From contig CAZDYI010000073.1 of the NCBI GenBank assembly GCA_964509765.1, forward strand, positions 82 through 64,081: DNA of 64,000 nt, given 5' to 3'. The DNA is from an uncultured Gammaproteobacteria bacterium. Lineage in GTDB: Bacteria; Pseudomonadota; Gammaproteobacteria; Tethybacterales; Tethybacteraceae. Under the pieces are notes generated by a model. It was not told the origin of the DNA. It did not search any database and was given only the letters and a program-made list of their open reading frames with translations. The translations under genes were made by a program, and so were the position numbers. Below are positions 57,446-64,000 of the stretch, in pieces; positions within the stretch are counted from its first letter, which is position 1, and each line of letters starts with the position of its first letter.

Positions 57446-58476
57446 GGTCCCCCTTCGCCGAGGTCGACGGCCCTGCCGGTGCGGATCGACTCGTCGGCGG
57501 CGAGGCAGACGCGCAGCGACTGCAGCGCGTCCTGCATGTGGCGCGCAAGGTCGATGTCCTCGCGGATCGCCCGCAGGACGTACTCCTGCTCGGCGTCGCA
57601 GAGCTCCTGGTGGCCGGGTTCGCCGGCGAGGTCGATGTCCGTGTCGCCGCCGGCCGCGGAGTGCACGCGGATCATGCCGACCCTGGTGTGGCCGTCGACG
57701 TCGTCGGAGCCGTCCTCCTTGTCGGCGACGATCGACACCGCGCCGTTCGGCGAGACGATGTCCTTGACGAAGAACGCGGTCTCCGAGACCATCGGCCCCC
57801 AGGCCGCCTCGTACCAGCCGACCGAGCCGTCGGCGAACGCGACCTGGAAGTGGCCGTAGTTGTACATGTCGTCGGCGATCTCGTCCGACAGCCGAAGCCC
57901 CATGCCGCTGACCCGCACCGGCAGCGCGTCGGTGACCTGGCACATCACGTCGACGTAGTGCACCCCGCAGTCGACGATCGGCGAGGTCGTCTCCATCAGC
58001 GCCTTGTGCACCTCCCAGGTGTCGCCCGAGGACTGCTGGTTTAGGTTGAGCCGGAAGACGTACGGCCCGCCGAGCTTGCGCGCCTCCTCTATCAGCCGCA
58101 CCCAGCTCGGGTGGTGGCGGAGGATGTAGCCGACCACGAGCTTGCGGCCGGTGCGCCTCGCCGTGTCTATCACGCGCTCGGCGTCCGCGACGGTCATCGC
58201 CAGCGGCTTCTCGACGAAGACGTGCGCGCCCTGCTCCATCGCCGCGCAGGCGTACTCGGCGTGGGTGTCTGTGTAGGTAGCGACCACCGCGAGCTCCGGC
58301 TTGGTCTTCTTGAGCGCCTCGTGGAAGTCGCCGAAGTGCGGGAGGCCCTCGAGCTCGGGCGGCAGGTCGGGCTTTCCGCGCGAGACGAGAGCGGAAATTT
58401 CGCTGCCCGCCTTGCGGTGGGCGAGGGCGTGGCTCCTGCCCATGTTGCCGAGCCCGGCGACGAGGACCTTTGTCAT
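57442..58476 (-). CDS. Gfo/Idh/MocA family oxidoreductase
   Basis: [17 protein letters not shown]ossmann N-terminus and an EKPLA block. Coupled by 4-nt overlaps on both sides. Confidence 0.85.
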   Translation of the reverse strand: MTKVLVAGLGNMGRSHALAHRKAGSEISALVSRGKPDLPPELEGLPHFGDFHEALKKTKPELAVVATYTDTHAEYACAAMEQGAHVFVEKPLAMTVADAERVIDTARRTGRKLVVGYILRHHPSWVRLIEEARKLGGPYVFRLNLNQQSSGDTWEVHKALMETTSPIVDCGVHYVDVMCQVTDALPVRVSGMGLRLSDEIADDMYNYGHFQVAFADGSVGWYEAAWGPMVSETAFFVKDIVSPNGAVSIVADKEDGSDDVDGHTRVGMIRVHSAAGGDTDIDLAGEPGHQELCDAEQEYVLRAIREDIDLARHMQDALQSLRVCLAADESIRTGRAVDLGEGGP

Positions 58477-59321
58477 TTGACTGCTCCTGAGGTGATGCTG
58501 CGGATCAGCTGTCGGGAGAATATCACGTAGAGGGCGAGCACGGGAAGGATCGCCATCGACAGCGCGGCGAGCACCGCGTTCCAGTTGGTGACGTACTGGC
58601 CGATGAAGACCTGGCTGCCGAGGGTCAGCGTCTTGGTCTCCTCGGCGGGCGCGAGGATCAGCGGGAACCACAGGTCGTTCCAGATCGGGATCATGTTGAA
58701 CACCGCGACGGTCGCCATCGCCGGGCGCACGAGCGGCAGGACCAGCCGGAAGAAGATCACGTACTCCGACAGCCCGTCCATCCTGCCGGCGTTCTTGAGG
58801 TCGTCGGAGACCTGGCGCATGAACTCCGAGAGGATGAACACCGCGAGCGGCAGGCCCTGCGCGGTGTAGACGAGGACCAGCGCGGTGAGCGTGTTGACGA
58901 GACCGGTCGCGACCATCATCTCGAGGATCGCGACCGTGCCGATCCGGATCGGGATCATGATCCCGAGCGCGAGGTATAGGCCGAGCAGCAGGTTGCCGCG
59001 GAAGCGGTACTCGGCGAGCGCGTAGGCCGCCATCGATCCGAACAGCAAAACGAAGAACAGCGAGGCGACGGTCACGACGAGCGAGTTCTGGAAGTAGAGG
59101 AAGAAGTCGCCCTGCCTGAGGACCTCCTCGTAGCCGACGAGCGAGAACCTCTCGCCGACCGGCATCCCGAGCGGGTCGCCGAAGATCGCCTTGCGCGTCT
59201 TGAGGCTGTTGATCAGGATCACGAACACCGGGAAGAGCGCGATGAGCACGTACGTCACGAGGACCGCGTGCGCCGCGGCCGCCCGGCCGAGGTGGTCCCT
59301 TCCCTTGAGCGCCGCCGCCAT
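58473..59321 (-). CDS. Carbohydrate ABC transporter permease (MalG/UgpE-like)
   Basis: 282 aa from [13 protein letters not shown] loop [24 protein letters not shown]. Confidence 0.9.
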   Translation of the reverse strand: MAAALKGRDHLGRAAAAHAVLVTYVLIALFPVFVILINSLKTRKAIFGDPLGMPVGERFSLVGYEEVLRQGDFFLYFQNSLVVTVASLFFVLLFGSMAAYALAEYRFRGNLLLGLYLALGIMIPIRIGTVAILEMMVATGLVNTLTALVLVYTAQGLPLAVFILSEFMRQVSDDLKNAGRMDGLSEYVIFFRLVLPLVRPAMATVAVFNMIPIWNDLWFPLILAPAEETKTLTLGSQVFIGQYVTNWNAVLAALSMAILPVLALYVIFSRQLIRSITSGAVK

Positions 59322-60283
59322 CAGAACTGGTAGCGGCGCAGCCGGGTCTGGATGCCGAACAGGTAGATGCACACGCCGACGAGGATCACCGCGAACATCG
59401 CCGACGCTATCGCCGAGCCCATGTGCGAGTCGCCGAGCTGGAGCTGGAAGCCGAAGAAGGTCCGGTAGAAGAACGTCCCGAGGATGTCGGTCGAGAAGTC
59501 CGGCCCGGCGAGCGCGCCCTGGGTCGCGTAGATCAGGTCGAAGGCGTTGAAGTTGCCGACGAAGGTAAGGATCGAGACGATCCCGATCGACGGCAGCACG
59601 AGCGGCAGCTTGATCTTCCAGAACGCCGCCATGCCGCTGATCCCGTCGCACTCGCCGGCCTCGAGGATCTCTTCGGGTATCGACAGCAGCGCGGCGTATA
59701 TGAGCATCATCGGGATGCCGACGAACTGCCACACCGACACTAGCGACAGGGTGACCAGCGCCGACTCCTCGCGGCCGAGCCACGGAGCGTACAGGCTCTT
59801 GAGCCCGACCGCGTCGAGCATCGACGGCGCGATCCCCCACAGCGGCGAGAGGATCAGCTTCCAGGTGAAGCCGACGATCACGAAGCTCAGTATGGTCGGG
59901 ACGAAGATCGCCGAGCGGTAGAAGGCCGCGAACCGCAGGCGCGGGCTCGAGAGGATCGCGGCGAGCGCGATCCCGATCGGGTTCTGGACCGCCATGTGGA
60001 TGAGGAAGAACACGAAGTTGTTCTGCAGCGCGTTCCAGAACGCGTCGGCCCAGAGCGGCTCGCCGAACAGGGTCTCGAAGTTTGCGAGCCCGACGAAGAC
60101 TCGCTCGTTTTCCACCTCGGTGTACAGCGCGAGCCGCATCGTGTTGAAGATCGGCGCGATCATGATCGCCGTGTAGACGGCGACCGCCGGCGCGAGGAAC
60201 ACCGCGATGTGCCACCTGAACGGCGGCTTGCGGGCCGCGGCCCCGCCCGCGCCCTGGACGCCTTCCCGCCCAGGGCCTGCCAT
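59321..60283 (-). CDS. Carbohydrate ABC transporter permease (MalF/UgpA-like)
   Basis: 320 aa with 6 TM segments. EAA loop PEEILEAGECDGISGMAAFWKIKLP. Confidence 0.9.
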   Translation of the reverse strand: MAGPGREGVQGAGGAAARKPPFRWHIAVFLAPAVAVYTAIMIAPIFNTMRLALYTEVENERVFVGLANFETLFGEPLWADAFWNALQNNFVFFLIHMAVQNPIGIALAAILSSPRLRFAAFYRSAIFVPTILSFVIVGFTWKLILSPLWGIAPSMLDAVGLKSLYAPWLGREESALVTLSLVSVWQFVGIPMMLIYAALLSIPEEILEAGECDGISGMAAFWKIKLPLVLPSIGIVSILTFVGNFNAFDLIYATQGALAGPDFSTDILGTFFYRTFFGFQLQLGDSHMGSAIASAMFAVILVGVCIYLFGIQTRLRRYQF

Positions 60284-60324
60284 GGCGCTGCCGCTTGTTA
60301 AGTGCCGCCCGGAGCGGCGTCAGG

Positions 60325-61587
60325 CTACGGCCTGTACCAGCTGTCGAGCCCGTCCTGGAGGCGCTTGCCGGCCTGCTCGGGGGTCTCGTCGCCCTTGATC
60401 ACCGCGACCGAGGCGTTCCACGTCTCGTTCTCGAGGTTGGGCGTGCCGCGCGAGAGGATCTGGTAGGTCGAGCGGATCGTCGACTCGCACTTGCCGCGCC
60501 AGGACACGAACTCCTGCGCGAGCGGGTCGGACAGGCTCACGCTGTGCTTCGACAGCGGGAAGAACCCCGGCAGCGCGTTGGCGTACAGCGCGGCGAAGTC
60601 CGGCGACGCCACCCACGACAGGAAGGTGCGCGCCGCGTCGGCGTTCGGGCTCGCGGCGTTGAGCCCGATCGCGATGTCGGTGTGGTCCGAGATGTAGCAG
60701 GTGTCGCCCGCGCTCTTAACCGGCGGCGGGAAGGCGCCCATCTCGAAGTCGGCCTGCGCGTTGAAGCCGGTGATCTCCCAGGAGCCCGCCGGGTAGATCG
60801 CCGCGCGGCCGAGCGTGAACAGGTTCTGGCTGTCCGGGTAGGTCTGGGCCGAGTAGCCGTCGCCGAGGTACGGCTCCCACCTGGCGAGCTGGCGGAACGG
60901 CGCGACCCACTCATCGTCGGTGAGCTTCGAGCTGCCGGCGATCAGCGCCAGGCGGCCCTGCTCGCCCTTCCAGTAGTTCGGGCCGATGTTGTTGTAGCCC
61001 ATCGTCGCGGCCTCCCACTGGTCGTTGGTGCCCATCGCCATCGGGATGTAGCTGCCGTCGTCCTTGATCCTGTCGAGCGCGGCGAAGAACTCGGACTCGG
61101 TCTTCGGCACCGAGATGCCGAGCTCCGAGAACGCGTCCTTGTTGTAGATGAAGCCGTGGATCACCGACGCCATCGGGACGCAGAATGTCGCCGAGCCGTC
61201 GTCGGTCTGCCAGGCCGACTTCGCGACGTCGGAGAAGTTGCCCATCCCCGAGAGGCCGGAGAGGTCCGCGAGCTTGCCGTCGTCGTAGAGCGCGAGCGAG
61301 GCGTCGAAGGGCCGGCAGGTGATCAGGTCGCCCGCCGAGCCGGCCTCGAGCTTCGAGTTGAGCGCGGCGTTGTACTCGGTCGGGGCGGTCGGCGAGAACC
61401 TAACCTTGATGCCCGGGTTCTTCGCCTCGAAGGCCGGGATGATCTCGTCCTGCCACAGGGCGAGGTCGTCGTTGCGCCAGCTCTCGATCGTCAACTCCTG
61501 CGCCGTTGCGGCCGACGCGAGCGCCAGCGCGGGTGCGGCCAGCAACAGTCTGCCCAAGCCCCTGCCCGTTTCATTGCCGTTGTTCAT
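60325..61587 (-). CDS. ABC transporter extracellular solute-binding protein (family 1, sugar-type)
   Basis: Signal peptide ...LLLAAPALALASAATAQ, 420 aa, first gene of the transporter operon. Confidence 0.9.
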   Translation of the reverse strand: MNNGNETGRGLGRLLLAAPALALASAATAQELTIESWRNDDLALWQDEIIPAFEAKNPGIKVRFSPTAPTEYNAALNSKLEAGSAGDLITCRPFDASLALYDDGKLADLSGLSGMGNFSDVAKSAWQTDDGSATFCVPMASVIHGFIYNKDAFSELGISVPKTESEFFAALDRIKDDGSYIPMAMGTNDQWEAATMGYNNIGPNYWKGEQGRLALIAGSSKLTDDEWVAPFRQLARWEPYLGDGYSAQTYPDSQNLFTLGRAAIYPAGSWEITGFNAQADFEMGAFPPPVKSAGDTCYISDHTDIAIGLNAASPNADAARTFLSWVASPDFAALYANALPGFFPLSKHSVSLSDPLAQEFVSWRGKCESTIRSTYQILSRGTPNLENETWNASVAVIKGDETPEQAGKRLQDGLDSWYRP

Positions 61588-61661
61588 TGCGTTTCTCCTG
61601 TCATGACCGCCGCCCGTGCGCGGCGAAACATCTCTTGCCGCAATTGTAATAGAAAGTCACC

Positions 61662-61689
61662 GGCCGCCGCGTAAGACGGGGCGGCGGCC
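61662..61689 (-). terminator. GC-rich hairpin downstream of the AbiE pair (possible intrinsic terminator)
   Basis: GGCCGCCGC-10 nt-GCGGCGGCC, a perfect 9-bp stem 21 nt after the AbiEii stop. On the minus strand it is followed by GGTGACTTTCTATT. Confidence 0.4.
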
Positions 61690-61709
61690 CCGAAAGAAAC
61701 GCCTTCCGG

Positions 61710-62579
61710 TCAGGAGCCGGATTCGAGTTTTTTCGTCAGCTTGTCAATCCCGTCCCACGGCTTCCCCGGCAGCAGCTCGACGACGTTCTCAAGGATGTTT
61801 CGGAAGGCGGAGTTCCTTCCCTCGTCTGACAGCACCGAGATGAATTTCGGAGACAGCATGTTTCGGACGTCGTCGTCGCGCTCCCGCAATTTGTATTTGC
61901 TGAAGAGGTTCTCTTGCGCCTTCGCCTTCGTCATGCGCTTTCCGCGGCCGTGCTTGTCCTCGTACATGAAGAACATGTCCACCACGTGACGGACATCCAG
62001 TCCCTCGAACACGCGGAGGGCGTGGTCCACGTCGAAGAGGTCCCGCCTCTTGTCTCGCCCAAGCAGGGCACGGAGCTTCGTCGCGATCATTTCCTCGCGG
62101 GAAAGGGTGGGGATGGAAGCCGCGCCGGAGAACCAGGGATTGTCGACGGCAAGCCGCAGCTTGCAGGTCGGGTCGAAGGCCACCCTCTCGCTTGTGTTGA
62201 TCTCGACCTTCAGCTTGATCGGATCGGCGCCGTCCTCCGCGGCCTTGACGCGGAAGATCATCTTCGGGGCGATGGTGCTCGGCACGAACTTGGCCATGCC
62301 CAGCCAGGACTCGAGCACGTCGCGCAGCTCCGACGCGAAGGTGCCGTCCGAGGGAGCCACGGTGCACACCAGGTCGATGTCCTCGGAGTACCGGAACGGC
62401 TCCGGGAAGTGGAGCTTGTTCAGGGCGGTTCCGCCGCGAATCCGCAACGTTTTGCTGAGGATCTCGTTGGAGAAAATCACGACCAGGGCGCGGCAGATGA
62501 TCAGGTCCTGCTCAACCTTGGCGCCTTCCCTCCACGGGACAGCCTTGCGCCAGTCTTCGATGTGGGCAGCCGGAATCAT
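61710..62579 (-). CDS. Nucleotidyltransferase AbiEii/AbiGii toxin family protein
   Basis: 289 aa. LRIRGGTALNKLHF...RYSEDIDLV is the AbiEii NTase core. Confidence 0.85.
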   Translation of the reverse strand: MIPAAHIEDWRKAVPWREGAKVEQDLIICRALVVIFSNEILSKTLRIRGGTALNKLHFPEPFRYSEDIDLVCTVAPSDGTFASELRDVLESWLGMAKFVPSTIAPKMIFRVKAAEDGADPIKLKVEINTSERVAFDPTCKLRLAVDNPWFSGAASIPTLSREEMIATKLRALLGRDKRRDLFDVDHALRVFEGLDVRHVVDMFFMYEDKHGRGKRMTKAKAQENLFSKYKLRERDDDVRNMLSPKFISVLSDEGRNSAFRNILENVVELLPGKPWDGIDKLTKKLESGS

Positions 62580-63421
62580 TCTTCGAAGTCATTCTCGCGG
62601 CGAACCACGACCTTCCACTTAGGGTCGCGGACTATGGGTTCCCTCACGAACCCCGGAGGCATCCGCAGCTCCTCCGGGTACATCTCAATCCAGGCCGACT
62701 TGCCTCTCTTCTGGAGCACTTCGTGCATAAGACTAGCCTGCCCGGCAAACCCAAGAAGGTCCATCATGTGCCCGGCGCGCTGGACGGCAGAGCGCTCTAC
62801 GAGCCCTGAGAGATGCGCCAGCAGTTCGGGATCGACCTGGCCGCCGAGGTCGTTGAGGACCGTTCCGTGGTGTTCCTGGCCTCCGGTGCCCTTGCGGAAA
62901 CGGAACAGGTCCAGGACGGTGAGCTCCACAGAAGAAACCCGCATGGTGCCCGACCTCGTCTTGCGCTTGATGATCCCGTCGCTGAGCATGTCGACGTCCT
63001 TGCGGAAATAGAAGTCCACCGGGACTCCTCCGCTCATGAAGTCCGAGGTCCTCGCCGACGTGACAACCTGGTGCCGGAACACGGCATGGTGCGTTGCGCC
63101 GTGGTAAGCCCCGGCCCTTAGCAAGCCCACGTAGTACGGGACGCGCATGTGGCGCATCAGGTCATCGAGGTACCATTCGACCGGCGGCGCGCCCCAGTCC
63201 ATGTAGTTCTCGGGCACGGCTACGTAGAAGCCGCGCTTCGGGCTGATCAGCCGGTTCTGCCCCAGCAGCCTTTCTGCGGCGCCGAGGAAGGCGCCGAGGG
63301 TGACTCCGTGCTCCTCCTCGAGCTCAGCAAAAGGGAAGGCTACCTTTCCGCGAGCTGCCGAGCGGAGGATCTTCGCCGCCAGCGGCGAATTCAGGTCGAT
63401 GTCGTAAAGCTCGTTCTTCAT
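62576..63421 (-). CDS. Type IV TA system AbiEi-family antitoxin/transcription regulator
   Basis: 281 aa. ...RLISPKRGFYVAVP... and YYVGLLRAGAYHGATHH blocks. 4-nt overlap with AbiEii. Confidence 0.8.
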   Translation of the reverse strand: MKNELYDIDLNSPLAAKILRSAARGKVAFPFAELEEEHGVTLGAFLGAAERLLGQNRLISPKRGFYVAVPENYMDWGAPPVEWYLDDLMRHMRVPYYVGLLRAGAYHGATHHAVFRHQVVTSARTSDFMSGGVPVDFYFRKDVDMLSDGIIKRKTRSGTMRVSSVELTVLDLFRFRKGTGGQEHHGTVLNDLGGQVDPELLAHLSGLVERSAVQRAGHMMDLLGFAGQASLMHEVLQKRGKSAWIEMYPEELRMPPGFVREPIVRDPKWKVVVRRENDFEE

Positions 63422-63778
63422 ATCCGGTCAGGAACAAACGCAATAACAAGCATCATGCATGCAATTCCGCGTTCACAGCGGATTTTACAACATAACACTG
63501 TATTATTGAATCAGAAAAAATTATCAAGGATCATTCGAATAATGACATGCATATGCTGCATTCAATCGGTCACTGGCGCTCGGCAATCGCATTTATGGAC
63601 TGTACGAAACTTAGTAACACACTCAATAAGCCAGAATTCCGCCTTTTCTTGTTGCCGGCCGCCCTCAGGCAGCCTTTTCGCCGAGCTGGATTCCTGCGCT
63701 GGTCCCGCGTTGCGCAATCGTACCAGCGGCGGCATGGCGGAGGATCGGGGGAGGGCGCGTGAGCTTCCAGTGAAGGCG

Positions 63779-63784
63779 TATAAT
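63779..63784 (+). promoter_or_regulatory. Putative consensus -10 box TATAAT
   Basis: GGCGTATAATCCGCACATG. An ATG (63791) starts 6 nt after the box, and the G12 tract follows 15 nt later. Confidence 0.4.
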
Positions 63785-63808
63785 CCGCACATGGCCTCAA
63801 TCCTCCAA

Positions 63809-63820
63809 GGGGGGGGGGGG
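63809..63820 (+). repeat. Homopolymer tract G12 between a putative promoter/leaderless ATG and a signal-peptide ORF
   Basis: Counted directly (63809-63820). Confidence 0.95.
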
Positions 63821-63825
63821 CTGAG

Positions 63826-64000
63826 ATGCGGCGCATCCTTGTTGCGGCGGCCCTCAGTCTCCTGGCGGTTCTCTTCGCGGTTCCCGAGCGGGCCGAGGCA
63901 CAGGTGATGCTCACCGCGGACACGGGATCCGCGCAGCCCGTGATGGGCCGCTGGAGGGAGGTCGTCCTAATGCTTTCCGAGACGCCCGCAGGGCAGGTGA
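63826..64000 (+). CDS. Secreted hypothetical protein, N-terminal fragment (runs off window)
   Basis: Hand translation: MRRILVAAALSLLAVLFAVPERAEAQVMLTADTGSAQPVMGRWREVVLMLSETPAGQV, a classic signal peptide. The ORF is open to the window end. Confidence 0.5.
   Translation, partial: MRRILVAAALSLLAVLFAVPERAEAQVMLTADTGSAQPVMGRWREVVLMLSETPAGQV

Overview
High-G+C bacterial chromosomal segment. The gene order (trpF-trpB-trpA-accD-folC-cvpA, DUF484-xerC, rnpB, dxs, valS, mfd, alaS) looks proteobacterial, probably gammaproteobacterium-like, but the taxon cannot be fixed from this window. I support about 60 protein genes, one tRNA-Ala(UGC) and RNase P RNA. Many adjacent genes are joined by 4-nt NTGA start/stop overlaps. 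The housekeeping backbone is interrupted by several inserts that look lower in G+C by eye (not computed). (1) 1.1-2.7 kb: a Fic gene downstream of coxC. (2) 3.6-6.5 kb: a second Fic gene, a 148-aa unknown and an outer-membrane beta-barrel gene with a C11 tract in its signal peptide, inserted between ctaG and coxC. (3) 13.4-15.7 kb: a Clp-fold SDH-type serine protease coupled to four tandem paralogous mini-protein genes of an unrecognised family. This is my top candidate for an undescribed system. (4) 25.4-28.1 kb: a degraded DUF898 gene with a C10 tract, a DUF433/DUF5615 toxin-antitoxin pair and an orphan DUF433, upstream of two intact DUF898 paralogues and an M48 peptidase. (5) 61.7-63.8 kb: an AbiEi/AbiEii pair next to a G12 tract in front of a secreted-protein gene. 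Three G/C homopolymer tracts of 10-12 nt all sit at the 5' ends of envelope or secreted protein genes. They are either phase-variation switches or homopolymer sequencing errors. No CRISPR array, integrase-bounded element or transposase was seen. All calls rest on my own reading of the ORF translations and the DNA; no database search was possible.
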